Both the position numbers and the translations under genes were made by a program. From positions 103,124-167,123 of the forward strand of contig JAXDQU010000034.1 of the NCBI GenBank assembly GCA_034667685.1: a stretch of DNA of 64,000 nucleotides, read 5' to 3'. The stretch's first letter is position 1. The number at the start of each line of letters is the position of its first letter. This stretch comes from Thermoplasmata archaeon (GTDB lineage Archaea > Thermoplasmatota > SW-10-69-26 > JACQPN01 > JAJPHT01). This document shows positions 46,784 to 56,292 of this stretch, in pieces. The notes under the pieces were generated by a model. It saw only the letters and a list, made by a program, of their open reading frames with translations. It was not told the origin of the DNA and did no database searches.

Positions 46784-48340
46784 ATGTCCGCCCGCGCGGC
46801 CTTCGCGTTGCTCCTCCTCGTCGCCCCCGTCATCGCGGGGTGCATCACCAACGGCCCCGCGGCGCCCCCGCAGCCCGGCTCGTTCGTCGACTCGCAGGCC
46901 AAGCTCGTCTGCGATCCCGCGTGCAGCCACCAGGCGACGGCGACGCCCGCCACGCGGCAGGCCAACGAGCTTTCGGTCGCGGTGAACCCGACGAACCCGA
47001 AGAACGTCATCGCCACCGGCAAGGACTACACGCCCGAGCAGGCCGGCGATTGCGTGTGGGCCGGCGAGTACACGACGACCGACGGGGGCGCGACGTGGAA
47101 GGACCAGAACGTGCCCGGCTCGCCCTGGCTCGCGAAGGCCGACCCCACGCAGGCCGACCCGCAGGATCCCTTCAGCAAGTTCTGGTGCGCCACGGACCCC
47201 GTCGTGCAGTTCGGCGCCGACGGCACCGCATACTGGGCCGTCATGCCCTACCAGTGCGACCCGGTCTCGGGGAGCAAGACGGGACGCGGCACCGAGTCGC
47301 GCGGCGGCTTCAACGATTGGCTCTACACGTGCAGCAGCATGTTCGTCCTCACGAGCAAGGACGGCGGGCAGACGTGGCCGCTTGCTTCCGCGCGGCAGCT
47401 GGACTTCGGGCCGTTCATCAGCGACGACAAGGAGTGGCTCGCCGTCTCGCCCGACGGGCAGAAGCTGACGTACTGCTTCGACTACGCGGGGCAGACCGGC
47501 GGCGGCGCGCCCACGCCCGGCGAGATCCCCGCGCTGCCGGTGCAGGCGCCGGTCGACACCTCGCCCAACGCGGGCGTCGTGTGCGCCGCGTCCAAGGACA
47601 AGGCCGACACCTGGACCAAGCCCGTCCTCGCGACGAACGAGGGCGGATTCCCCTGGCTCGACTACGCGCCCGACGGCAAGGTCTGGATGGCCGTCGTCAA
47701 CAACACCGACGTCCTCGTGCTATCAAGCAGCGACGGGCAGACGTGGAGCAAGGCGACGTCCGTCGGGCACTACGGCATGCCCACCGCCGCCAACGAGTAC
47801 GGCTGGCCCGTGCTCAACGGCAGCGCGTTCCGCATCGTGCCCTACGGCGCGCTCGCCATCGACCGCAGCGGCGGCCCGCACGACGGCCGCATCTACGTTA
47901 TCTACTTCGACTACGAGCACGGCGTGGGCAACGTCATGCTCACGTGGAGCGACGACGGCAAGACGTGGAGCGCGCCCGTCACCCCCGCCGACGCGCCCGC
48001 GATGGACCAGTTCCTCCCCGCGATCAGCGTCGGGCCCGACGGCACCGTGGATGCCTCGTGGCTCGACCGCCGCGACGACCCCGGCCACCACCTCTACGAT
48101 GCCTACTACTCGTACAGCCTGGACGGCGGCCTCACGTGGGCGAAGAACCTGCGCGTGACCAACGTGTCGAGCGACGAGAAATATTCGCACCACCAGAACG
48201 GCATGGTCTTCCTGGGCGACTACCGCGACATGCGCAGCGCGCGCGGCCAGGCCACCATGATCTGGGTCGACACGCGCAACCAAAAGGCGGACGCTTTCAT
48301 TGCGACCGTGGCGCGGCCCTCCGCGAACCCGACCTCGTGA
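46784..48340 (+). CDS. BNR/Asp-box (sialidase-fold) lipoprotein
   Basis: IAGC lipobox, repeated S/T-x-D-x-G-x-T-W, DKEW, DQFLP, FLGDY. Confidence 0.88.
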   Translation: MSARAAFALLLLVAPVIAGCITNGPAAPPQPGSFVDSQAKLVCDPACSHQATATPATRQANELSVAVNPTNPKNVIATGKDYTPEQAGDCVWAGEYTTTDGGATWKDQNVPGSPWLAKADPTQADPQDPFSKFWCATDPVVQFGADGTAYWAVMPYQCDPVSGSKTGRGTESRGGFNDWLYTCSSMFVLTSKDGGQTWPLASARQLDFGPFISDDKEWLAVSPDGQKLTYCFDYAGQTGGGAPTPGEIPALPVQAPVDTSPNAGVVCAASKDKADTWTKPVLATNEGGFPWLDYAPDGKVWMAVVNNTDVLVLSSSDGQTWSKATSVGHYGMPTAANEYGWPVLNGSAFRIVPYGALAIDRSGGPHDGRIYVIYFDYEHGVGNVMLTWSDDGKTWSAPVTPADAPAMDQFLPAISVGPDGTVDASWLDRRDDPGHHLYDAYYSYSLDGGLTWAKNLRVTNVSSDEKYSHHQNGMVFLGDYRDMRSARGQATMIWVDTRNQKADAFIATVARPSANPTS

Positions 48341-48342
48341 CG

Positions 48343-48468
48343 CCTCGTCCTGCTTGCTTGGCGCCGCCTCCGGCGGGAAAATCCCGAATCACGAAGACCC
48401 GAATCACGCCGAGAAAAGTCGTGATTCGGGTCTTCGTGATTCGGGATGCTCTCGCGCGGAGCGCGCCC
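48343..48468 (+). repeat. intergenic hairpin element, family A copy 3
   Basis: Same ends as 13773/31851; perfect 28-bp stem 48381-48408 / 48420-48447. Confidence 0.8.
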
Positions 48469-48494
48469 ACCGGCCCAAGAGCAGCAGAGTGGGA

Positions 48495-48854
48495 TTGAAG
48501 CCCGCACCGACGTTCCCCATCTCGTTGGACGCGCGCCGCGCCGCCGAAGTCCTGGACCGCACGCTGCGCAGCTACGGCGCCGACGTCACGGTCGAGACGC
48601 GCGCCGGCACGGTCCGTTACCTGCGCAGCGGGCGCCCTTTCGCGCTCGCGCGTGTCCTCGCCTCGCGCGTCGACGTCGCGTTCCGCAAGGTGGGCCGCGC
48701 CGACCACAAGCGCATCCTCGACGCGCGCGCCGCCGGGCTGCCGTTCCTGCCGCACCGCGTCGTGCTGGAGGCGCCCGGCGACCTCGACTCGCAACTGCTG
48801 GCGTGGCTGCGCGAGAGCTACGAATGGGTCGAGGAATGGGAGCGGCTCGCTTGA
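48495..48854 (+). CDS. small hypothetical protein (DUF5655-like)
   Basis: TTG start; C-terminal HRVVLEAPGDLDSQLLAWLRESY; stop overlaps the next start. Confidence 0.6.
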   Translation: MKPAPTFPISLDARRAAEVLDRTLRSYGADVTVETRAGTVRYLRSGRPFALARVLASRVDVAFRKVGRADHKRILDARAAGLPFLPHRVVLEAPGDLDSQLLAWLRESYEWVEEWERLA

Positions 48855-49573
48855 CCTCCACGATCCCGCAAGGCTACGAGCGCGGCCTCGTCCCCGCGCT
48901 CATGCGCCCGTGCGCCGACGCGCTGCTCGCGCGCGTGCCGGTGCCGCCGGGCGCGCGCGTGCTCGACGCCGCGGCCGGCACGGGCATCGTGACGCGGCAG
49001 CTAGGTCTGGCCAGATCTAGCGCCCGCGTCGTGGCGCTCGACGCCTGGGACGAGATGGCGGCGTTCGGCGCGTCGGTGGCGCGCGTCCCCTACGTCGTGG
49101 GCAGCCTGGACGCGATCCCGTTCCGCGACGCGTCGTTCGACGTCGCGCTCTGCCAGCACGGGCTGCCGTTCGCAGACGACCCGCGGCGAGCGGTGGCCGA
49201 GCTGAAGCGCGTCACGCGCCCCGGCGGCCGCGTCGGCGTCCTCGTGTGGACCGCGCTCGCGCAGAGCCGCGGGTTCGCGGCCATCGACGCCGCCGCGCGC
49301 AGGCACCTGGACGCGCCACTGACCCTGCGCTTCGAGGACGCGTTGGAGACCGAGGCGGGGCTGCGCGGCCTCCTGGGCCACGTCGAGCGGGTCCGGATCG
49401 AGGCGCCCTTCCGGAGCGGCCGCGCGTTCGCGGAGGCCTACGTCGCGGGCTCGTTCCTGGCCGAGGTCGAGGCGGACGAGAAGGCGTGGCGCGCGTTCCA
49501 CGACGAGGTCGACGCGGCGCTCGCGGGCGTCCGCTGGCACGTCGAGGCCCACGTCGCCTGGACAGAGCTTTAG
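48851..49573 (+). CDS. class I SAM-dependent methyltransferase
   Basis: RVLDAAAGTG, PFRDASFDV, RVTRPGG. Confidence 0.9.
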   Translation: MTSTIPQGYERGLVPALMRPCADALLARVPVPPGARVLDAAAGTGIVTRQLGLARSSARVVALDAWDEMAAFGASVARVPYVVGSLDAIPFRDASFDVALCQHGLPFADDPRRAVAELKRVTRPGGRVGVLVWTALAQSRGFAAIDAAARRHLDAPLTLRFEDALETEAGLRGLLGHVERVRIEAPFRSGRAFAEAYVAGSFLAEVEADEKAWRAFHDEVDAALAGVRWHVEAHVAWTEL

Positions 49574-49597
49574 CCCCATGCGAGCGCTGCGGGCGCG

Positions 49598-52486
49598 ATG
49601 GATTCGCGCGCGTTGGCGGGCAGGCTGCGGGCCATGCTCGCCGCGGGCCGCCCGCAGGACGTCGTGGCCGCGGTCAACGTCTCCGACGGCGGCCTGCTCG
49701 CATTGGACCTGCTCGCCGAGGCGCTTCTGCAGATGGGCGAGCCGGAGCGCGTGCTGGATGTCGTGGCGCGCCGCGAGCGGGCGGGCGTGAGCAGCGCGAG
49801 CCTCGGCTTGCGCACGCGGGCGCTGGGCGCGCTGGGCCGTCTCGACGAGGCGGAGGCCGCGCTCCGCCAAACGGGGGACCTCGCGCCGTACCTGCGTGAG
49901 GTGATTGCGGGCGAGGCGCGGCTGGCCGCGGGCGACATGGCGGGCGCGCGGCGCGCCTTCGAGGCCGCGGTCGCGGAGCACCCGACGCGCCGCCGCGGTC
50001 TCCTGGGCCTGGCGGAGGCGTGCGGCGCGCTGGGGGATTGGGTCGCTGGCAGCGCCTACGCCACGCGCCTGCTGGAGACGCGCGGCGAGGAAGAGGGCCC
50101 GCTTTCGCCGAGCTATCACGAGCGCCTCGCGCGCTTCTTTCGCGACGCGGGCGAGCCGCACCGCGCCGCCGCGATGGGCGAGGCGCTCGCGAAGCAGCGC
50201 GCCGAGGCGCTGGCGATCCTGGGCGAGAGCGATCTCGCCGCGGAGCCTTCGCCCCAGCCCTCGCCATCGTCCCGGCCCTCGCCCTCCTCCGGCCTTGAGC
50301 CCGCGGAGGAGGAGAAGGTCCTCGCCCTCGTGAAGCGCCACTTCGGCTACGGCCAGCTCCGCGAGGGGCAGGCGGAGGTCCTTGCGCGCGTGCTGCGGGG
50401 CGAGGACGTGCTCGCCATCATGCCCACGGGCGGGGGCAAGAGCCTGTGCTATCAATTGCCCGCGATGCTCTCGCCCGGCGTCACGCTGGTCGTCTCGCCG
50501 CTGATCGCGCTGATGAAGGACCAGCTCGACTCGCTGCCTCCGCCGATGCGCGCCGCGAGCGTCGCCTTGACCAGCGAGCTGACGCAGGCGCAGGCCCGCC
50601 GCGCGCTCGACGAGATCGCGGCCGGCCGTTACCGCCTCGTGTACGCGGCGCCGGAGCGCTTGCGCAACGCGACGTTCCTCGCGGCGCTCCGGCGCGCGGG
50701 CGTCGTGCGGCTGGTCGTGGACGAGGCGCACTGCGTCTCCGTGTGGGGGCACGACTTCCGGCCCGACTACCTGGGGCTCGCGGACGCGCGCTCGCTCCTG
50801 GGCGACCCGCCCGTCTCCGCGTTCACGGCCACCGCGCCCCCGCGCGTCGAGCGCGACATCCTCCGGCGCCTCTGCCCGATGCGCGTCGTGCGCGCCAGCG
50901 TGGCGCGGCCCAACCTGCGCCTGGAGGCCGTGCTCGCCAAGAGCGCGGACGAGAAGCTCGCGCACCTCGTGCGCCTCTGCCGCGAGACGCAGGGCCCGGG
51001 AATCGTCTACGCCAGCAGCCGCGCCAAGTGCGAGCAGCTCGCCGAGGCCTTGAGCGCCGCCGGCATCGCCGCGCAGGCCTATCACGCCGGCCTCCCGGAC
51101 CGCGCCGCGCGCCAGGAGGCGTTCATGGAGGGGCGCATCGACGTGCTGGTGGCGACGGTGGCCTTCGGCATGGGCATCGACAAGGGTGATATCAGGTTCG
51201 TGTTCCACCACGATCCGGCGGAGAGCGTCGAGGCCTATGCGCAGGAGGCGGGCCGGGCGGGGCGCGACGGGCTGCCCGCGCGCTGCGTGCTCCTCGCCAC
51301 GAGCCAGGACGGCGGCCAGCTCAAGAGCCGCGCGCGGGGCGACCTTCCCTCGCTCGCGCTCGTGCGGGAGGCGTGGGCGCTCGTCGAGCGGAGCGTCGGC
51401 GAGGACGGCTACAGCCTGCTCGATCCCGCGCAGCTCGTGGCGCTCGATCCGGAGGACGACGTGAAGCCGCGCGTCGCGCTCTCGATCCTGGCGGAGGCGG
51501 GCGCGGTGCAGCGGCTGGCCGACGCGCCCCGGACGCTGCGCGTGCACGGGGGCGGCTGGCCCAGCCAGGAGGTGTCGCTCTTCGACGCCGCGCGCCGCCT
51601 CGCGCTTCCACCCGAGAAGGTGGAGCCCCGCCTGCTCGCGCTGGAGGCTGACGGCGCGCTCTTCTTCCAGGTCGGCCCGCGCGCGATCCTGCACCGCGTG
51701 CTATCAGATCCGAGCGAGGCGCCCAAGGTCCTCGACCGGTACGCGGCGCTCGCCGAGCAGCGCGGGGCGGAGATCCTCGACTACGTCAAGACGAAGCGCT
51801 GCCGCCAGGGCTACGTCCGCGGATACTTCGGGGAGCAGGCGCCGGCGGAGTGCGGCAACTGCGACAACTGCCTGGGCCTCGCGCACGAGCTTCCCGAGGA
51901 GACGGCGCAGGACGAGGCCGACGCGCGCAGGCACGTGCTCAACGCGCTCAGCGGCGCGCGGGGCATCGGCGAGCGCAACCTGATCTGGCACCTGCGCGGC
52001 GACGCGCGCAGCCCGCCGTGGGCCGACAAGCTTCCCGCGCGCGGCGCGCTGGGCCTGCGCAGCGAGAGCCGCGTCAAGGCGCTCGTGCAGTCGCTCTCCG
52101 AGATGGGCCACGTGGAGCGCGTGACGCTCGACCACGGCGGCCAGATGCTCAAGCTCACGCCGAAAGGGCTCGACGCGCTCTTCGGCGATCGGCCGATCCT
52201 GGCCCCCAAGCCTCAGCCTCAGCCTCAGCCCAAGCCTCACCCCGGGCCTCAGCCCGAGTCCGTGGCGCAGGACGATCCGCTCTTCCAGGCGTTGAAGGCG
52301 TGGCGCCGCGAGCGCGCCGACGCCGACGCGGTGCCGCCCTACGTCGTGGCGAGCGACGCGACGCTGCGCGCGATCGCGGCCGCGAAGCCGAAGAATGCTG
52401 GCGAGCTGCTCGCGATCAAGGGCATCGGGCCCAAGAAGGTCGAGAGCTACGGCGAGGCGATCCTGGCGATCGTCACTTCTTCGTGA
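49598..52486 (+). CDS. recQ: RecQ family DNA helicase with N-terminal TPR-like region, Zn/RQC and HRDC domains
   Basis: PTGGGKSLCYQLP, DEAHC.S.WGHDFRP, AFGMGIDK, QEAGRAGRDG, CGNCDNC, HRDC (LKAWRR..A...VPPYVV). Confidence 0.92.
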   Translation: MDSRALAGRLRAMLAAGRPQDVVAAVNVSDGGLLALDLLAEALLQMGEPERVLDVVARRERAGVSSASLGLRTRALGALGRLDEAEAALRQTGDLAPYLREVIAGEARLAAGDMAGARRAFEAAVAEHPTRRRGLLGLAEACGALGDWVAGSAYATRLLETRGEEEGPLSPSYHERLARFFRDAGEPHRAAAMGEALAKQRAEALAILGESDLAAEPSPQPSPSSRPSPSSGLEPAEEEKVLALVKRHFGYGQLREGQAEVLARVLRGEDVLAIMPTGGGKSLCYQLPAMLSPGVTLVVSPLIALMKDQLDSLPPPMRAASVALTSELTQAQARRALDEIAAGRYRLVYAAPERLRNATFLAALRRAGVVRLVVDEAHCVSVWGHDFRPDYLGLADARSLLGDPPVSAFTATAPPRVERDILRRLCPMRVVRASVARPNLRLEAVLAKSADEKLAHLVRLCRETQGPGIVYASSRAKCEQLAEALSAAGIAAQAYHAGLPDRAARQEAFMEGRIDVLVATVAFGMGIDKGDIRFVFHHDPAESVEAYAQEAGRAGRDGLPARCVLLATSQDGGQLKSRARGDLPSLALVREAWALVERSVGEDGYSLLDPAQLVALDPEDDVKPRVALSILAEAGAVQRLADAPRTLRVHGGGWPSQEVSLFDAARRLALPPEKVEPRLLALEADGALFFQVGPRAILHRVLSDPSEAPKVLDRYAALAEQRGAEILDYVKTKRCRQGYVRGYFGEQAPAECGNCDNCLGLAHELPEETAQDEADARRHVLNALSGARGIGERNLIWHLRGDARSPPWADKLPARGALGLRSESRVKALVQSLSEMGHVERVTLDHGGQMLKLTPKGLDALFGDRPILAPKPQPQPQPKPHPGPQPESVAQDDPLFQALKAWRRERADADAVPPYVVASDATLRAIAAAKPKNAGELLAIKGIGPKKVESYGEAILAIVTSS

Positions 52487-53222
52487 GGAACGCCTCGATC
52501 CCCGCGCGCGCCTCGGGCCCCTGGAACGCCAGCGCGAAGAGGTCGATCTCGCGCTCCAGCGCCTCGGCGAGGGGAAGCTCCTCCGCGGCGCGGAGCGCCT
52601 GCTTGGCGAGCCGGAGCGCGATGGGCCCGCGCTGCGCCATCGCGAGGGCGATCTCCTTGGCGCGCGCGAGGGCGTCGTCGGCCAGCTCGTCCACGAGCCC
52701 CCAGCGCTCCGCCGTCTCGGCGTCGATGGCGTCGCCCGTGAGCACCATGCGCGCGGCGCGGCCCGCGCCCACGAGGCGGGGAAGGCGCTGCGTGCCGCCG
52801 CCGCCCGGGATCAGCCCGAGGGCGATCTCGGGTTGGCCGAGCTTGGCGGCGCGGCTCGCGACGCGCACGTCGCACGCCATCGCGAGCTCGAGCCCGGCGC
52901 CCAGGGCGTGGCCGTTGATCGCCGCGATCACGGGCTTGGGGTGCGTGGCGACGGCGGCGTAGATGTGCGGGGGCGCGATGAACGCGCGCTGCTGCCAGAC
53001 GTCGCGCGCCGCCATCTCCTCGACGTCCGCGCCGGCGGCGAACGCCTTGCCTCCGGCGCCCGTGATGACGACGACGCGCGTCGTGGGGTCGTCGCGGTCG
53101 GCGGCGAGCGCGTCCCGCAGCGCCTGGCGGAGCGCGCCGTTGAGCGCGTTGCGCTTCTCGGGCCGGTTCAGCGTCAGCAGGAGGATCGGGCCTTCCCGCT
53201 GGGGGAGCAGAAGATCGGACAC
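52473..53222 (-). CDS. enoyl-CoA hydratase (crotonase)
   Basis: NRPEKRNAL, FAAGAD, GAGLELA, GQPEI.LG.IPG.GGTQRL. Confidence 0.93.
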   Translation of the reverse strand: MSDLLLPQREGPILLLTLNRPEKRNALNGALRQALRDALAADRDDPTTRVVVITGAGGKAFAAGADVEEMAARDVWQQRAFIAPPHIYAAVATHPKPVIAAINGHALGAGLELAMACDVRVASRAAKLGQPEIALGLIPGGGGTQRLPRLVGAGRAARMVLTGDAIDAETAERWGLVDELADDALARAKEIALAMAQRGPIALRLAKQALRAAEELPLAEALEREIDLFALAFQGPEARAGIEAFLTKK

Positions 53223-53256
53223 GGGCGCCGATGGCTGCGCCCTGAGAAAAACTCGA

Positions 53257-53325
53257 CTACTTCTTGGCGTTGGCCTTGGTCATGTGGAGGATGAGCATGG
53301 CTTCGCCGCTCGTATCATCAAACAC
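53257..53325 (-). CDS. candidate 22-aa small protein MFDDTSGEAMLILHMTKANAKK
   Basis: GTG start about 24 nt below a TAATAC box (53349-53354, minus strand); TTTTT tract right after the stop. Confidence 0.4.
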   Translation of the reverse strand: MFDDTSGEAMLILHMTKANAKK

Positions 53326-53400
53326 GAGAGGAACGTGGCTTCGCAGGGGTATTAGGGCTTGCGGTTCAGACGCCGCAGCGCCCGTCATCCATCCGACCGC

Positions 53401-53775
53401 TCAGCGCTGGATGAGCAGGTACTCGTTCCCGTCCGGGTCGGCGATGGTGACGTACGTGGGGCCCCAGGGCGCCTTCCACGCCTCGTCGACGATGTGGCCG
53501 CCGCGCTTGCGGATCTCCTCGCCGCTGGCGCGCGCGTCGTGGGCCGCGAACATGACGCCCGTGACGGTGCCGGGCGGCCGCCCGGGCTCGCCTTCGCGCA
53601 TGACGTGCGCCACGATCGTGGCTCCGCCGGGGATCTTCCAGACGCCGCGCCCCGCCTCGTGCTCCCACGAGACCTCCTGGAGCCCGAGCACGCGCGTGTA
53701 GAAGTCGCGCGCCTTGTCCTGGTTGGGTTTCGTCAGGTGCACCGTGATGGCGTCGAGGCCCTGGATGACGTCCAT
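53401..53775 (-). CDS. VOC/glyoxalase family protein
   Basis: KARDFYTRVLGL, PWG....IADPDGN. Confidence 0.9.
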   Translation of the reverse strand: MDVIQGLDAITVHLTKPNQDKARDFYTRVLGLQEVSWEHEAGRGVWKIPGGATIVAHVMREGEPGRPPGTVTGVMFAAHDARASGEEIRKRGGHIVDEAWKAPWGPTYVTIADPDGNEYLLIQR

Positions 53776-53811
53776 GCCGCGCGCATCGCGCGGCCCCCGC
53801 ATAAGCCTCCG

Positions 53812-54672
53812 TCAGGACCACTTGTAGAATCCGTGCCCCGACTTCTGCCCGAGGCTTCCCTCGGCGACCATCTTGCGCAGGAGCGCGGGCGGCTCGAAAC
53901 GGGGGCCCAGCGACTTGCTCAGGCCCTCCGCGATGTGAAGGCGGACGTCGAGCCCCACGAGGTCGGTGAGCCGCAGCGGCCCCATCGGGTGGTTGTAGCC
54001 CAGCGTCATCGCCTTGTCGATGTCCTCGGCGCGGGCGACCTGCTCCTCGAGCATGCGGATGGCTTCGAGGCCGAGCGCGACGCCCAGGCGGCTCGTGGCG
54101 AAGCCGGGCGCGTCGCGCACCACGATGGCCTCCTTGCCCAGGCGCTGCGCGAACGCGACGGCGGCCTCGACCGTGCCTGGCGCGGTGGCCGGCGCGCGCA
54201 CGACCTCCACGAGCTTCATCACCGGGACGGGATTGAAGAAGTGGAGCCCGACCACGCGGCCGCGCGCCTCGGCAGGAAGCCCCGCGGCGATCTCGCCGAT
54301 GGGCAGGCTCGACGTGTTGCTCGCCAGGATCGCGGAGGCGGGCGCCATGCGCAGCGCGTCGGCGAACACCTGGCGCTTCAGGTCGATGCGCTCCGGCACC
54401 GCTTCCACGACGAGGTCCGCATCCTGGAGCGCCGCGGCGATGTCCGTCGTGGGCCGCACGCGCGCGAAGGCCGCCGCTGCGTCCTCCTTCGTGCTCTTGC
54501 CCTTCTCGATCGCCTTGTCGAGGCTCCGGCGGATCCCGAGCAGACCCTTCTCGACCGCGGCGTCGTTGATATCACGGAGGACGACGTCGCACCCCGCGAG
54601 CGCGGCGACCTGCGCGATGCCGTGGCCCATGGTGCCGGCGCCCAGGACGGCGACGCGATGGATCTGGCTCAT
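53812..54672 (-). CDS. 3-hydroxyacyl-CoA (3-hydroxybutyryl-CoA) dehydrogenase
   Basis: GAGTMGHGIAQ, EAVPE, SNTSS, HFFNP, HPMGPL..DLVGLD. Confidence 0.94.
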   Translation of the reverse strand: MSQIHRVAVLGAGTMGHGIAQVAALAGCDVVLRDINDAAVEKGLLGIRRSLDKAIEKGKSTKEDAAAAFARVRPTTDIAAALQDADLVVEAVPERIDLKRQVFADALRMAPASAILASNTSSLPIGEIAAGLPAEARGRVVGLHFFNPVPVMKLVEVVRAPATAPGTVEAAVAFAQRLGKEAIVVRDAPGFATSRLGVALGLEAIRMLEEQVARAEDIDKAMTLGYNHPMGPLRLTDLVGLDVRLHIAEGLSKSLGPRFEPPALLRKMVAEGSLGQKSGHGFYKWS

Positions 54673-54711
54673 GGGGCGCGCAAGCCGGAGGGCCCGCTTG
54701 AGGCTGACGGC

Positions 54712-55443
54712 CTACATCATCGGGGGGCCCGGAAAGAACGGGGTGAGGTCCCACCAGGCCGCCAGGAGCGCGGCGCTCGCCACGGCCAGGAGGAGCGCGG
54801 CGCGGGGCGCGCGGCCCAGCAGGCCTGTCAGCAGCGCGGCCACGAGGCCCAGCGCGGCCGCCGGCAGCAGGAGGAAGCCGCCCTCGGCCAGCGGCGAGCC
54901 GAGCGCGACGAGGAGCATGACGAGGGCGACGACGCCCGCGGCCCACGCCGCCTCCTTCCAGGCGCCCCGGAAGGCGAGGGCCGCGCCCGCGAGGAACGCG
55001 CTCCACGCCAGCGCGTGCGCGCCCACGACGGGCCACGCGGGCAGAAGAGAGAACGTGATCGCGGTCGTCGCGTTGACGTCCGTCGTCGCGGACGTCGAGG
55101 GCCCCACCGGAACGCCGGGGATGGCGCGCGCGTCCGGGTGCGGCGGCCAGGATCCGGTCCAAAACAGGAACGAGCCTCGGCCGAGGCGGTCCGTCACGTT
55201 GCCGCGGACGTGCGCGGCGAGGGGACACCAGGCGTGCGCGCAGGAGAGGACCACGTCCGTCGCGCCGGTCGCCGGGTCGTAGCGCCCCACGGCGGGGCCG
55301 CGCCCCGCGAGGAGGTGGCTGGGCGGGCCGTCGCAGCAGACCCACTGCTCCCACGAGGCGGGCGAGGGGAGGACCTGGCCCAGGAGCCAGAGCGCGCCAA
55401 GGCCCGCCAGGAGGAGGACGAGCCCGCCGTGGCGCGCGTCCAT
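54712..55443 (-). CDS. hypothetical membrane protein
   Basis: Start overlaps the upstream stop; several TM segments. Confidence 0.65.
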   Translation of the reverse strand: MDARHGGLVLLLAGLGALWLLGQVLPSPASWEQWVCCDGPPSHLLAGRGPAVGRYDPATGATDVVLSCAHAWCPLAAHVRGNVTDRLGRGSFLFWTGSWPPHPDARAIPGVPVGPSTSATTDVNATTAITFSLLPAWPVVGAHALAWSAFLAGAALAFRGAWKEAAWAAGVVALVMLLVALGSPLAEGGFLLLPAAALGLVAALLTGLLGRAPRAALLLAVASAALLAAWWDLTPFFPGPPMM

Positions 55444-56219
55444 CAACGGCCCTCGTAACGCGCCGCGCGCTTCTCCTTCAACGCATCCACGCCCTCGGCG
55501 TGGTCGCGCGTGGCGTAGGCGAGCCCCTGCAGCGCGGCCTCGCGGCCCAGCGCGCCCTCCAGGTTGTCGGCGGTCCCGAGCACGATGGCCTTCTTCGTCA
55601 GGCCCAGCGCGATCGTGGGGCCTTCGGCCCAGCGGCGCGCGATCGCCCCGGCGCGCTCCGCGGCGTCCTCCGCCACGGCGTTGACGAGGCCGATCTCCTG
55701 CGCGCGCTTCGCGTCCATCGGATCGGGCAGCAGGGCCAGCTCGCGCGCGGCGCGCAGGCCGAGCGTCTTGGGAAGGAGCCACGAGCCGCCCGTGTCGGGC
55801 ACGAGGCCGATGCGCGTGAACGAGGCCGCGAACCTGGCCGAGGGCGCCGCCACGGCGTAGTCGCACGCCAGCATCAGCATCAGGCCCGCGCCGTGCGCGT
55901 CCCCGTTCACGAGCGCGACGACCGGCTTCTCCAGGAGAAGGACGTCCTTCACGAGCGCGCCGAACATCGTCTCCTGCGCCTTCTGCGCCGCGAACGCATC
56001 GCCCCGGCGCGAGACCATCGTGTCCAGGTCGCCCCCCGCGCAGAAGACCGGACCCGCGCCGGTGAGCAGCACCGCGCGCACGTCGGCGTCCTTCGCGGCG
56101 AGAGCAAGTTGCTCGCGCAGCGCCGCGATCAGCTCGGGGTTGAGCGCGTTGCGTTTGTCGGGCCGGTTCAGCGTGAGATGCAGGACGCCGGCGTCGCGGC
56201 GCGCGAGGAGGACCGACAT
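55443..56219 (-). CDS. enoyl-CoA hydratase/isomerase (PaaG-like)
   Basis: NRPDKRNAL, FCAGGD, FTRIGLVPDTGG. Confidence 0.9.
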   Translation of the reverse strand: MSVLLARRDAGVLHLTLNRPDKRNALNPELIAALREQLALAAKDADVRAVLLTGAGPVFCAGGDLDTMVSRRGDAFAAQKAQETMFGALVKDVLLLEKPVVALVNGDAHGAGLMLMLACDYAVAAPSARFAASFTRIGLVPDTGGSWLLPKTLGLRAARELALLPDPMDAKRAQEIGLVNAVAEDAAERAGAIARRWAEGPTIALGLTKKAIVLGTADNLEGALGREAALQGLAYATRDHAEGVDALKEKRAARYEGR

Positions 56220-56292
56220 GCCGGCGCGAGCCCGAAGCGGCCCCATGAATGCATCGACGACCCTGCGCCTCTTGACCCACAAGGCGGACGGA

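Noticed and set aside
52201-52260. CCTCAG tandem repeats in recQ
   Set aside because: In-frame Pro/Gln linker before the HRDC domain; 6-bp units would not shift the frame.
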